A DNA stretch of 64,000 nt from Bilabrum cf. latius (Eukaryota). Positions 24,804 to 37,062 of this stretch are shown piece after piece. The position numbers and the translations under genes are program-made. How positions within the stretch are numbered: position 1 is the stretch's first letter; the number at the start of each line of letters is the position of its first letter. The notes beneath the pieces are model-generated. The model was not told the origin of the DNA and did no database searches. It was given only the letters and a program-made list of their open reading frames with translations. The stretch is from contig OZ237749.1 of the NCBI GenBank assembly GCA_965178125.1, forward strand, positions 1,116,001-1,180,000, read 5' to 3'.

Positions 24804-25635
24804 TCATGCGTACAGCTCAGACACCTTGGTGTCCACCTTGTGGTCGGCCGTGACCTGGGACACGAACTGCTCCGGGATGGGGACCTCCTTCCACTCGGAG
24901 TCCTCCTTGTCCGTCTCGGGGAAGGAAACGTTCATGTCCGAGATCTTGGACGTCACGATGGACGCGTCCCGGCTGGCATACGACAGGTAGATCACGATGC
25001 TGTCGGTTTTGTCGACCTGGAAGGTGGGGCACGTGGTCTTGACCTGGACCTTGACTCGGTCGCAGTCCACGATCTCGAACTGGGCGAGGGCGCCCTCGAA
25101 CACAACCTGCACGTTCTTGCATGAAGCCATCTGCAGCGTCTTCACCTTCTCTCCGATGACGATGGTGCAGTTCTTGCAGTTGCTGATGTTGACCTCGTGC
25201 TCCTTCTTGACGCCGTCCTTCAGCTCGATCACCTTCTTCTCCCACTGGTACTCAACGTTCCAGCGCTTGTCGTCCTTGCACTCCAGCACAGGGTCCTTCG
25301 GCGGCTTCTCTTCCACGACCTTCTCCTCACTGCTTTCACGCAAATAATTGAGAAGATACAAAATTACGTTGACTGCTAAGATCCACGAAGCTTCGCGTAG
25401 CTGTCGACACTTGACTCGTTGGCATCTTTAAGTCACCATCATTATTTCAGTTGGAAAAGACAAATATGAGAGCGTGCAACCGAGCGCGGAAACAAACCGC
25501 TATGCCTCACGTCTTCACGACGGAAGACTTCGCGCCTCTCTTTTTCTGCTCCTTCGTCACATGCTTCAGGCCTGCCGTCTTGCCGCTGCTCTGATCAATC
25601 TTGGAAATCTCCTTGAACAAGTCAGTGGACGCCAT
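24804..25635 (-). CDS. CAP: Short adenylyl-cyclase-associated protein (WH2-like plus CARP domain)
   Basis: Exon 1 LFKEI...AGLKHVTK; exon 2 WNVEYQ...PTFQVDKTD...EVPIPEQF. Intron 25330-25510. Ends TGA. Confidence 0.85.
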
Positions 25636-25789
25636 GTCTTCTCGATGCTGTGGAAATATGCGGAATAGTCGAGCCACGAATTCGCGGATCCTCAAATGTA
25701 GCGTGCTATTGGTGAATATCAATTCGTCGAGAGTTTCGCAGCAAGCGCCAAGACAATAATTGTACGACTTGTAGCACTCTCAGCCAAAC

Positions 25790-27049
25790 ATGGCTGACGG
25801 GGACTAGTTTATGGATGCTTCTGCACAGGAGTGAGAGATACCAACGTTCTTCTTGTCGGGTTATGCAAGGATCTGCTGGTCGCCACACAGCCACGGCTTG
25901 CATCCCAGTTGCCACGCACCGGTGTCGATCATCGCGTGGCCATGACCATGATGGTCCAGTGTACTTAAATTGTACCTTTAAAGTCTGCGCATGTTTTACT
26001 TGGGTGCATGGACAACTGAGAATCACTGGGCGTCTTGCGTCGCCGAACGATGTAGCTGTTCGGCAAGGGTGTCCCCGCCCGTGCAGAACCGCTACATTTT
26101 CTGGTGCGAACGTAATTCAACATCCAATTGTCGTATCCTTATCGCAGAGGGGGAGATATTTTCGGCGCGGATGGAGGCGACGACGGGGGTGATTTTATGG
26201 CAGGTGGCGGGGATGGATATGTTGCACCCGACGGCGGCGATGATATGTTAGGTGGCTCTCAGAATGGTAGTGCTGCTGTACCCGCAGCAATGCCTGCGGA
26301 TTCTATGCCTTTGCCCGGGGATTCATCGGCCGGGGCGGCCGCGGGTGGCGCTGCGGATCCCATGGCGGGTATGGCTGCCATGGACGGAATGGCAGGAATG
26401 TCCTCGAAGCTAGCGTGAGTATTCGTTTCGACCCATGCTTCAGTACCATCTGCATTGTTGGCTGGTTTGCTGAGGCCTGATACACTTGCAAATTGCAGCG
26501 CCGGGCCCTGCACACGTGCACTCTTGACCCCTCGAGTCCTCGACATCCCGCCCTTGAGCCCCCTCTGATTGTGTGCCCGTATCCATGTCAACCCCTTTAT
26601 CTGTCCGCAGTGAGTTTGAAGAGAAGTTTGCAGCCCAGGCTCGACAGAAGGACGACGAGGAGCGGCAGCAGCGGGCGGAGCGACAGGCAGCCGCGGAGGA
26701 GGCCCTCAAGCAGTGGCTGGCTCAGCAGGACGAGGAGCTCGAATCTCGCAAGCGCAGGAACCGGGAGGACGAGGAGCACCAGCTCAAGGAGCTGGATGCG
26801 GAGGCGGACGGCGAGTCGTGGGTGCGTGTGTACAGCATGGCCGGGCTGGGGGCCGGGGGCAGCGGCGCGGCAGCGGGTGGCGCGGGGGCAAAGTCGTCGG
26901 ACGGTGAAGGCAAAGAGAAGGGCAAAGGCAAGGGCAAGGATGCGAGCAGAGATGCGCCTCGTATTCGGGAGCTGCTGATCCGGCTGAAGGCGGAGCCGCT
27001 CGCAGCTGCTGGGGAAGGTGCTGCTGCAGCTGCCGGCAAGAGCAGCTGA
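25790..27049 (+). CDS. CLC: Clathrin light chain
   Basis: Acidic N-terminus, coiled coil ending RKRRNREDE, SWVRV and DAPRIRELLIRLK. Introns 25831-26147 and 26415-26610. TAG at 25805. Ends TGA. Confidence 0.8.
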
Positions 27050-27414
27050 ATTGTGTTGGTGCAATCGACCGCACGAGGCGGTCAGGACTCAGCTGCATGT
27101 GGCTCTCGCGTGATGCGATACATTGGTTCCAAGCAAAGACTTGCAGCCTTTGTGTGATGCTGGCGGTGGGCGTGCATGCTGTGATCTCAGCACACCTTAT
27201 TTCATGCAAGCTTCACCCCCCGTGTTTGTCTTGCTATCGCGACTCGTGTCTTGCTATTACGACTCTTACCACATAATGGTACACATGTGGCTTGAATCAG
27301 GTAGCCGACTACCTCGGCTTCCGTCTGCACACACCGTGCACCCGGAATCGAACGCAACCGGGTGGCTCGTGGAGGCCAGGAGAGCTGCTTATTTGTAAGC
27401 AATCAGATCTCACG

Positions 27415-28704
27415 ATGAGTGTTGCTAAAGAAACGAGAAGCCCTGCTGATGGCGACCCTTGGTCTGCAACGATGGCACCTGCGTCCGGATATGGCGTGTT
27501 GCAGAGGGCTCTTTCAATGGGGAGGCGGGAAGCGTCAGGTTCTGGCGGCATAGAGGCCATACGAAAGCAACTAGGTGTCCTGTAGCAGATAATCAATAGC
27601 TAGGGAGCCTGCAAGGAAGCTGTGCTGTTTTTGCAAACGCTGATTGCCTTCGGGGCAGAGGCTGTCCTGGAATCTGGCGGCTCGCCTTCGGTAGCACGAC
27701 AAGCAATCGAAGCACTTTGCACCGCGTGCGATACAATTCCTGATGCTGTGATTACTGCAGACGGAACACCCACGGAAGCTTTCAGAGGAGAGGGGCTGCG
27801 GCTGCTTGGGAGGTTTGCCAATGCAGTGCGTGCTCCGGCATAGCTGCGAGCAGCCATCCACGCGCATGCTGCTAGAGCGTATGCGAAGGCTGGACATTTC
27901 TCTGATAGTTCATAGCATTACTTGCGTGCAGGTGCGCCGGAAGAGCACGGAAAATGTTTATCATCGTGGAGCGAGACTCTGCCTGCCTCGGAGCGAGGCA
28001 TGCTGTGGGCCAAGGCCGCCCTTCAGTGAGCACAGCTCAATGCCACACCCATGAACCAAAGCATCTCGTGGCGGGAACGTATGCACCTACGCACAGCCTA
28101 TCCCGACGACGTTTCCAATTGCACCAACACGCCGCCAAGCCCTTCCACTCCTCTTGGCTTCTCACTGCAGGTACGCGGCCAGGGGAAATCTCAGAGACGC
28201 AACCGCGCTGCTAGCCAGCCCATTCGCCGCCAGCTCGGATCCAAGCGCGGCAGCAGCAGGCCCAAAGCCTGCGGCGGGTGCCGCCTCTGGAGGTGCCGGC
28301 ACTGGCTCCTCGGCTGCAGTGGCTGGCAGCAGCCCGCTAGCCATGGCGAGGGGGCTGCTGAAAGTGCTCGAGTACGACGCCCCTGACGTGTTCCGAGAGG
28401 TCGCAAGGGCCTTTCGTCCACTGGCCCGCGACCCGGACGTGTCCATCGTGAGAGGTTGCAGCAATGGACGAAACATGAGTCCCCTAGCTTGCTGCTCGCA
28501 CTGCATGGGTGCCTCTCCCGCACGTCACGGTTGGAGCGCTGCCATGTGCCACCTTCGCAACACCTTCACTTCAATGAGAAATGAATTGTCCAAGCCGCCC
28601 CGCAGCTACTGGATCACATTGGCAATCGATTCTATCCCGCAAATGCCGCGGACAAGATGGCATCTGCCGCGATGTCATCCAGAGGAACAGCCGCCGGCCA
28701 TTAA
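27415..28704 (+). CDS. GET4: GET4/DUF410-like protein (tail-anchored protein targeting)
   Basis: SS*HYL, ERGMLWAKAALQY..GNL, RDPD...LLDHIGNRFY. Introns 28026-28170 and 28448-28605. TAGs at 27583, 27601, 27841 and 27913. Ends TAA. Confidence 0.7.
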
Positions 28705-28829
28705 TTGTTCCTGCAGCTACCAACGAAATAAATTCGAACATTTCCTATAACCATCGGTTTGGTTTCACCTCGTGCGCGCACTTGGTTGCGGGAAGAGCCA
28801 GCTAGGCCTCTATACGAACTTGCATCCAT

Positions 28830-29228
28830 TCACGGGCCATCCACGCTGGACTCAAGGTGCACTCGCTTCCAGCTGGCTTCAGCCGGAAATGTTCTATCAA
28901 AGCATCGTGACCTGTGTCGGCGAAGTGTAATGAGGGGTGTAATGGTGAAGGTTGACAGTCCTGGAAATGAAGAGGTGCAGTCGCAGGCAACCAGCACTCA
29001 CACTTGTTGCATGGCAAAGAAGCATATTCTATAAATTGGTCGACAAACATAATGATACAGGAACGTAGCGATGGGGCGCAAGATGTTGTGTCGTATCCAG
29101 TCCCATATAGGAGAAATTATCGGAATCCATACGAACTAATAGAATGCCAAGGCCAACACCACCACAAGGATGAGAACAATAACAAGAACTGCAACAGCAG
29201 TTACGGGATCTGCCGGCAAAGAATTCAT
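28830..29228 (-). CDS. Small predicted membrane protein (~102 aa), absent from the ORF track
   Basis: MNSLPADPVTAVAVLVIVLILVVVLALAFY*FVWIPIISP... with TAG at 29136. Intron 28912-29001 (GTGAGT..CAG). Ends TGA. Confidence 0.55.
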
Positions 29229-29323
29229 TTCTTCTGCAATCGTGAGACTAATTTGTGTTGAGAAATCCTGATTCGGAATGCCGGGGGCCCCGTCTCCGCG
29301 CATTCAAAGCCCACCGTCTTTCA

Positions 29324-30394
29324 ATGCAACAAAGGATGATTACTGGTTCGCTTGGTTCACCTTCATTGCCCAACTATGGCTGCGCGTCGTACTGGGAAGA
29401 GCGGTACGCAGCAAATGCAGGCGAACATGAGTGGCACCTTTCTCCCGATACTGTTTGGTCGAAATTGCATCCATTGATGCTTGAGCTGGCGTCGTCGGCG
29501 GGTCTGCGAGGAATACACGATCTGCGGGTGATTATTCCAGGGTGTGGCACATCGTAGCTTGGCTGTCTGTTTGCGCGGAATGGGATCCGCAAGACAGCGT
29601 GTTTCGATGTATCTCCTGTCGCTATTTCATCGCAAAGAACCATGAAAGGGGCACCCAAAGAGATAGTATACCGAATTGGCGATGTAGCTAGCGTAGAAGC
29701 ATATGGCGGACACGAAGCCATGGGCTCGTATCACATGGTAATCGACAAGGGTTTGCTGGATTCACTCCTTTGTAGCACTCCCTCGTCTGGAGTAGCCGCG
29801 TCTGCGTTGGAGCAGATGCATGCAAGCCTCATGCCTGGAGGTTTGTATGTATTAATCACGCATGGCACTCCCGACACTCGCGGTCGGCTGCTTCGCTCGG
29901 GATCCCGTGCTCGATGGAGCAGCGTGCGCGTGCTTAGTCTGCCCCGGGAGGCCTCTTCCTCCCCCAAGAGCCCCACAGGTGCAGCTGCAACGGACGGTGC
30001 TGGATCTGACCGCTCTGACTGGGGCAAACAGCCGCAGAAGCGTGGTCCCATGGGCATGGTGCACATATTTGTGTGCCAGAAGGCGCGGGGTTCGGCCAGC
30101 AGCTCGACTGGCAGCACTGGCAGACACGATGCCGAGGCTGGGCCCGCACTGGCAGCCGCTGTCGGTGTAGCGGGGGCTAGAGCTAGGGCTGGATTGGACC
30201 ATGCAAGGGCAGCAAGAGGGGCGGGCAATGGCTCCGATGGATCCGCTCGGGCTGGTTCTAGCGCGGGCAGGGACAGCATGCCTGTCAGGGACAGAGTGGA
30301 GCAGGAACGACGTCCAGAGGTGCCCAGCGTGAAGACAGACTATGGCCGCGCATCAGAGCTTGAAGCCAGCGGCTCCCGCCCGGGACATAGATAA
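29324..30394 (+). CDS. Class I SAM-dependent methyltransferase (METTL13-N/EEF1AKMT4-like)
   Basis: YG..SYWEERY, IPGCGTS*LG (TAG at 29555), FDVS, VIDKGLLDSLLC, ITHG. Ends TAA. Start may be 29336. Confidence 0.8.
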
Positions 30395-30488
30395 CGACTC
30401 TATTATTCTCTACTGATTGTGTCGGGTCCAAGCACACCTCACCGACAAGTGGCTCTCCCCCTCACATACATCCTCTCCCACGGTTCCC

Positions 30489-33400
30489 TTAGAGCTCGCC
30501 CTCCTCCGCGGGCTCTTGGCCACTCCTAGGAGTAGATCCGTTCGGTGCAGCCCTCTCCCCCTCCTCCTCCCCCTCCTCCCCCACCCCCTCCTCCACCCTG
30601 CCCCTCTTGCTCGCGGGTGCCTCGCCACCCTCCCCAACCTTGTCCTCGCCCTGCTCCGAGGGGCGGGACCGCTTGGACCCCACGTCCTCCCCATCCGCAC
30701 CCGCACCCGCACCCGCACCCGCACCCGCACCCGCACCCGCACCCTTGGCAGCTGCCTCGGCTTCTCTTCTGGCGCGCTCCTTGGCAGCCCGACGGGCCTC
30801 TGCACGCGCCCTCAGCTCGCCCATGTGCGCGTCAAACACCGCCCGCCTGTCGGCCAGGTCCAGGTCTCGGTAGGCAGACCGCTTCCGCAGCCTCTCCTGC
30901 GCCTGCTCCCAGGTGACGTCCACGTGATCGCTGCGGTAGTAGTAGTCGATGAGTAAGTCCCGGAAGCGCTCTCTCCGTCGCTGCACGCGCGCCGCATGCT
31001 TCTCTCGCTCCTCCATCGACCGGCGGGCGATGTCCAGGAAGCCCTGCAGCACCCGGCGAGGTTCGTGCTTCCACATGGCGCGCACTGCCTCCAGCTCTCT
31101 CGACCCCTTTGTCTTGCCGGCTGTGGCCGCGCTCTCGCTCTGTTTGCTGTCGTCATCCTCGCTAGACGCTTTCTCGCTGCTGACTACCCCCAGCGCGTGC
31201 AACCATGCAGTGCACCCGGTGCTGAGGGCCCCCGCCGCAGCTGCTTCCTGCCCAGCACCCTTGCCACCACTGCTGCCATCACCACCGGCACCTGCCTCTC
31301 CATCGCTCGCGTCCACGTCCCCTGCCGCTGCTGCAGCCCCTGCTGCTTCCCCTCCGTTCCCCGCTGCAGCCATCAGAGCCTTGCACGCGTCCAGCACGCC
31401 CTGCTCCACCGGTTGCTCGCTCCTGGCGTGCAGGGCCTCCACCGCCGCCGCCACTTCATCTACTCGTCGCACGGCCTATCGACCCGCGTGCGACCACAGC
31501 GCCTCTGGATCCAGCCCGCCGAACTGCCTGGAGATGAGGGACTCCTCCCCCGCCTCTCTGCCTGCATCCAGGGCACTCACCAGTGCGACCACTGCCTGAC
31601 GAGTGGACTCGGTACACTCGGCATCCAAAGGGGTCCTCGCCTCGGGCTCCCATGGAGCAGCGATCCCGAGCACGGGGTGCTGGGCCGCAGGGGGGGCACG
31701 GCTCTCTGCGCCCGACGGGCCGTCTGTTCCCGTGCCCGCCCCTTCCCCTTCCCCTGACTTGCTCTCCTGCCCTCCTGCGGCCTCTCGCACCCAAGCATCC
31801 ACCACCCCCCACGAGTCCCTCGCCAGCGCATGTCCCCGCGCGGCCAGTCGGTCCATGGCCCGGAGGAGAGCTGCCCGCGCCCCCGCTACCGCCTGCATGC
31901 GCCCCTCCCTCTCCTCCGCCCTCCGGCGCTCCTCTGCCGCATCCAGCGCCAGCACGTGTTCCTTAAAGATGTCCAGCCGGTCCTTCTTGGGCAGCGCCTC
32001 GTAGGCAGGCAGCCCCGCGAGCTTCTCCTTGGTCTCCCGCCACGTGCTGCTCGTGCCCACGTCGGGGCGGGAGCGGAGAAGGTCCAAAAAGGCCTCGCGG
32101 GCGGCCTGGTAGGCCTTCCTGTCGGCTTCCTCCCGCCTCAGCTTGGCCTGCCGCAGCCAGACCCCCAGCTCGTCCACGCGATCCGCGTCCGAGAGCCCCG
32201 TCCCGTCCACCAGTGCCTCCCACGCGGCGTGCCCCTCCAGCGCATTGCGGGCGTCTTCCAGCCCCATCTCGGCGGTCACCAGCTTGCCTCCGTCCAGAGC
32301 CTCAGAGAATGCCTTCCTGGCTGCATCCGCGCGGTCCCTCTGTTGTTCCCTGCGCTGCCTCCTCTTCCTCGCCTTCCACCCCTCGAAGGCCTGCTTGCGG
32401 GCCCCGCGGGAGGGCATCTTCGAGAAGCGCGGGTCCGAGCTGAGCCCGCCCGCCACTTCCTTCCACTCGGCCTGCGGATCGATCCCGTGCTCGTCCAACA
32501 TGGCCATGAAGGCCTCCTGGGGGGTCCTGGGGGGGCCGCTGGATGCGCCTGCCGACTGGCCAGAGCCTCGCGAGGGACCAGACGAAGATGCTGAAGATGC
32601 TGATGACGATGACGATGACGACGATTTCTGCGACGGCGGTGCAGGTGCATCGGCTGACGCAGCAGGTGCAGCTGCAGGTGCGGGTGCAGGTGCTACTGAC
32701 TTGCTCCCGCTCGCCTCCGGGGCCGGCCTCCCCTGCTCATCGAAGGCGCGCCCCGCTTTGACCATGGCAGCCACTGCCGCTGCATCCGCCCCGCCGGCAA
32801 TCGTGCGGAGGGCCTTTCTGTGCGTGGCCAGCGCGGCGGGCTCCTCCCACTGCGTGGCCTGGGTCTGTGCGTTGAAGTAGTAGGGCTTGCCCCCTGGCTG
32901 GGGCTGCTCGATCCAGTGGCACCGAGGGAGGGCCCGCTCGGCTGCAGTCATGAGCTCCTCTGGCTTCAGGTAGGTGGTGCTCTGGTCCGAGGCTCTGAAG
33001 TAGTATACGCGCCCATCCGCCTGCTTGACCTCCTGCCACGAAGCAGAGGAGGAGGAGGCGGCCGCACCTGAGGAGGACGAGGCTGCTGCAGAGGGCCGCG
33101 TCTGATGCTGCACTGAAGCAGCCACAGGCTGCACAGATGGGGCGCTGGGGCCCCACCGCCCGCCCGCTGCAGTGTGACCATGATGGGCCGCGCCCTGGGG
33201 CACGGCGTATCCCGATGCGTATCCTCGCTGCTATGGAAGCCCAAACTAACTTCTCTAGGCGTACCCAACCGGCTGCCCGCCGGGTCCTATGCCTGCATGA
33301 GTAAACTACTGGCCAAATCCCCCAGACATTGGTCTAACACCCGGTTGCTGCTGCTGCAAGTGCTGATGAGGCTGTTGCTGGCCTCCAACACCGATAGTAA

Positions 33401-33607
33401 CACCCGCTACCGGCAACCCTGCCCCCGACGGCTATCCACCTGAGCCAGCACCAGCCTGCGATACCGCAAACTACCGCAAACAAGCATGATAAATAAGGAC
33501 ATTATCGAAAACGTGGGCAACCAGAGGCTGCAATCTCGGCTTACCCCATTTCCGCGCGTCATCCATGCTGGCAGCGTAGCACCTCTTCCTCGACCTCGAC
33601 CAGCCAT
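30489..33607 (-). CDS. PRP40: Pre-mRNA processing factor PRP40 (2 WW plus FF domains)
   Basis: WQEV..DGRVYYF...KPEELMT.AER, a second WW domain, FF repeats and YYYRSDH. Intron 33456-33544. Six TAGs, five in the Q/G-rich N-terminus and one at 31476. Ends TAA. Confidence 0.88.
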
Positions 33608-33787
33608 TTATAAAATCGAATACACAAGCACGAGCAAGAATTTACCCACACAGGGGAAGTAGTGCCGATATAAGGTACCTGTCTACAATCTTGGCGCCGC
33701 GCGAATATTCGGAGCCGTATCGTGAGCAGGTTCCGCTATCGAGGACACGTCGACAGAAATTCAGCGCGCCGTGCAGTATTAATTGCA

Positions 33788-34609
33788 ATGTTCACAGGGA
33801 TAGTGGAAGAGATGGGCACTGTAATTTCTATGGAGGAGCGCGATGATCTGCTTCTTTGGGATAATACGAAGGGGAAAGGATGGGTTTTACGAGTAGAGGC
33901 CGGAAAGACTCTAGAAGGATGCACAATCGGATGCAGTATTGCCGTCAATGGGACCTGCTTGACCGTGACTTCGTTCGATGGCACGTCATTCACCTTTGGT
34001 GTAGCTCCAGAGACTCTGAAGCGAACAAATATTTCTGATTTGAAGAAAGGCGATAAAGTTAATCTTGAGCGCTCGGCCAAACTCGGGGATCCAGTTGGTG
34101 GACACAACGTGCAAGGTCATGTCGATGAATGCGGCAGAATTCTTTCAAAAACGAAGGATAAGGACAGCCTATGGATCAAGGTTGAAGCGAGCTGGGAATT
34201 GGTTCGGCTCATGGTGCCCAAAGGCTACATTGCCTGCGATGGCACAAGTTTGACGGTAGTGGACGTGCATCTGGGCTCTCAGGACGGCAATGAGCCGAGC
34301 TGGTTCTCATTTATGCTAATTGAGCATACTCAGAAGGCAGTTGTGATCCCATCACGGCCGGTGGGTGGCAAGGTGAATCTAGAGGCAGACATCGTAGGCA
34401 AGCATATCGTGCGGGCCCTGGACCAGAGAGAGGCCGCAGCTGGACCTGCCAGTAGGTCGGAGGGACAGCCCCGCAGTCAGCTCGGCATGAACGTCTATCA
34501 GGTTGCACTGGTGGGCTTCCTTGCGGGGGCGGTAGGTGGGGTGCTCGCGCTGGCGCTCGCTCAAAGCGCACGGGTTGGACACGGTGGAGCAGCACCCGCG
34601 CGTAAGTGA
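33788..34609 (+). CDS. RIB5: Riboflavin synthase with a hydrophobic C-terminal extension
   Basis: MFTGIVEE, SIAVNGTCLTV, VNLER, GGHNVQGHVD, KGYIACDGTSLTV, VNLEAD. Ends TGA. Confidence 0.95.
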   Translation: MFTGIVEEMGTVISMEERDDLLLWDNTKGKGWVLRVEAGKTLEGCTIGCSIAVNGTCLTVTSFDGTSFTFGVAPETLKRTNISDLKKGDKVNLERSAKLGDPVGGHNVQGHVDECGRILSKTKDKDSLWIKVEASWELVRLMVPKGYIACDGTSLTVVDVHLGSQDGNEPSWFSFMLIEHTQKAVVIPSRPVGGKVNLEADIVGKHIVRALDQREAAAGPASRSEGQPRSQLGMNVYQVALVGFLAGAVGGVLALALAQSARVGHGGAAPARK

Positions 34610-34698
34610 AGTACTCATAGATCTTCAATTTGCCCTCTACTCGTTTACCAAACAGTATTTATCGCTTGAACACATGGACCTGATTGGGCTTAATCTAC

Positions 34699-34791
34699 CA
34701 GCCTCGGAGGGTGCTCCTCGCCACGTCAGGGTGCACTGCATGCAGAGTCAGCCTCGGAGGGCCCTCCTCGCCACGTCAGGGTGCACTGCAT
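34699..34791. repeat. Direct duplication of ~43 bp (period 50) spanning a gene 3' end
   Basis: cagcctcggaggg..ctcctcgccacgtcagggtgcactgcat at 34699 and 34749. Confidence 0.85.
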
Positions 34792-36824
34792 ACGGGTCTT
34801 CAAAGGTGAGCAGCACCGGCCGCCCGGCGCCGATGAGCGCCGCGGTGGTCGAGTCGAGGTCCCACCGCAGAGTGGTGCCTCCGTTGATCTCCACCAGGTG
34901 GTGGCCCATCTGGATGCGGCCCTTGCTCAGCCGCGCGATCATGCCGTGGGGGTCCACGGACTTGATCACCGCCCCCATGTTGCTGCCTGAGTTCCTCCTC
35001 CCTGAAGGCACCCGCCTGGACATGGCAGTGCGGTCCAGCCCCTCCTTGCGCCCGCTCCAGTTCACGTCCAGGTGCAGACCCAGGGGGCCCCCTTCGTGCA
35101 CATCCACCTTGTAGAACCGCTCCGTGGGCAGCTGCCACGCAGACGATCGCAGCGCGTGGTTCAAGAAATACACCCGGCCAGAAGCGTCTACCGCTCGCTC
35201 CCAGGTCGGGGGCAGGGGCACTGCTGGAGACGCGGCAACTGGCGCGGGGACGGGGGCGGGGGTGGGGGTGGGCCTGCCAAAGCCCCCAGTCGCACCCGCC
35301 CCCGCGCCCGCGCCCATCATCATCCCAGGCCCTACCCCGAACGTGGGCCTCCCTCCCCCCACCCCGCCAGGCCCCCCGCCGTAGTAACCGCCCCCTGACC
35401 CAGCTGGGGGGACCCCCGCCCCCGCCCGCACCGGCTCCATGCGGGCCCCATACGCCGCCGCCCCTCGAGCCACGGGTGACGGAGGGCCCGACCCAGCGAA
35501 CACAGCCGCCCCGCGTGCTGCTGCTGCTGCGGCTGCCGCCCCACCCCCGGCCCCGTACCCGAAGCCCATGGCACTCCTCCCCGCCGCCCCTATGGGAGAG
35601 GCGAACGGGCCCCCAGCACCCCCGCCCGCAGCAGAGGCACCCCCTCGCGCCACAGGGCTCACACCGCCCCGAGGTCCAGGCCCGAAGGCCCCCACCGGTG
35701 AGGCCATGCCAGAGGCGCTCGCTCGCGCAGCGTGTGAGGCGGCAGCGGGGGGCCCTCCTGCAGCGGTGCGGTACCGGATCGAGTCCGCGGGGAGGCGCGC
35801 ATGCTGGTGCCATAGTGTTGCGTCCTTGATAGAAGTTCCGTGCCTCACCCCCGAGGTCATCTGCACGTAGTAGGGCACGTCCCGGGCCTCCACCGAGACG
35901 GTGACGGCACGGCCCTAGGTGGCAGGGCTGCCCACTCCCGACTCTGTGGTGAACGGGTAGGTGCCTCGGATGGCCCGCTTGCCGTCATCCCTGCCTCCGT
36001 CCCCTGCTTTTCCAGCGGCCATTTCCCTCAGCGGCACTCGGGCCATCCCTAGGTCACTCCCCTCCCGTGGCGAGTGTAGCCAGACGATCACTTCGGCTTC
36101 GTCCAGCGCCGCCGGCGGGTCCTCCCCCGCTTCGGTACGGCGCATCATCATCCATTCGCGCCACACCCGGAAAGAATCGCTGGTCACGACGCCCGCCGGC
36201 AGACTTGTTCGCGACACAGACCCCAGGCTATCTTTGCCTGAGAGTCGCAGGCCGTAGTCGAGTCGGAGCTGCAAGCTAGGATCCACGCCCTGCAGGGCCA
36301 TGCGCAGCACTTGTAGCTCCACCCGGGTAACGTGCACGATGCGAGCCATGAAACTGATGCGACCGTGCACAAAGTCGCCGTCCCTGAGGTCGAGAACATG
36401 GGCTTGGGGACCCGTGCACAGAGACCTCAGGTCTACCTTGCACTTCCCAATAAACGTGTTAGAAGTCCAGCTATTCTTATCGTATACGCTCAGTTTAAGA
36501 ACTTTTCTCTTCAGCTACGACGCGTACTTGGTGCTATACTCGAACTCGAACTCAGAAGACCAAGCTGGATTCTATGTGTTAGGTCTAGCATCCGTCTGCT
36601 TTTCGTAGTACCCATCGAAATCTACCTGCAAATGCATAGGTTGGGAGCTACAAGCACCTACGGTCTCGCCTCAGTTCACAGCACAGCGATACGAATGCAA
36701 GCCACCTTCTGTCACATACCTTTACGAATGGATCCAGCTTCTCTGCCGCCCCAGACCCAGTAGTGGACAGATTAAATGCAGTGAGCTGATACAATTTGAC
36801 GCGAAGCTTGGTTGTGCTGGACAT
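34748..36824 (-). CDS. C2-WW-PDZ domain protein
   Basis: C2: LRVKL..AFNL..DPFVK|VDF..NT*NPAW..LSVYDKN..FIG. WW: LPPTWERAVDASGRVYFLNH. PDZ: GPLGL..GHHLVEING. Intron 36626-36719. Three TAGs. Ends TGA. Confidence 0.75.
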
Positions 36825-37062
36825 CCTAGTGGTGGGGCTTCGGACTGAGGGGTGGCGGGCGCGACCACCTCCAAGGTAAGCTCCGAGTCCGACGGATGGA
36901 TCCTGGCATGCTGGTGCCAGTGGTGGTGGGTGGTGCCAAAACAGTGGGGAATACCAGCACTGCCTTCAGATACAAGGTGTAAACGGGACCAGCACGCGCT
37001 CGCGTTCTACGAAAGATTCTCTTTCTTTGTTTTTCTTCAATGCAAGAGGTCACTCACCACGC

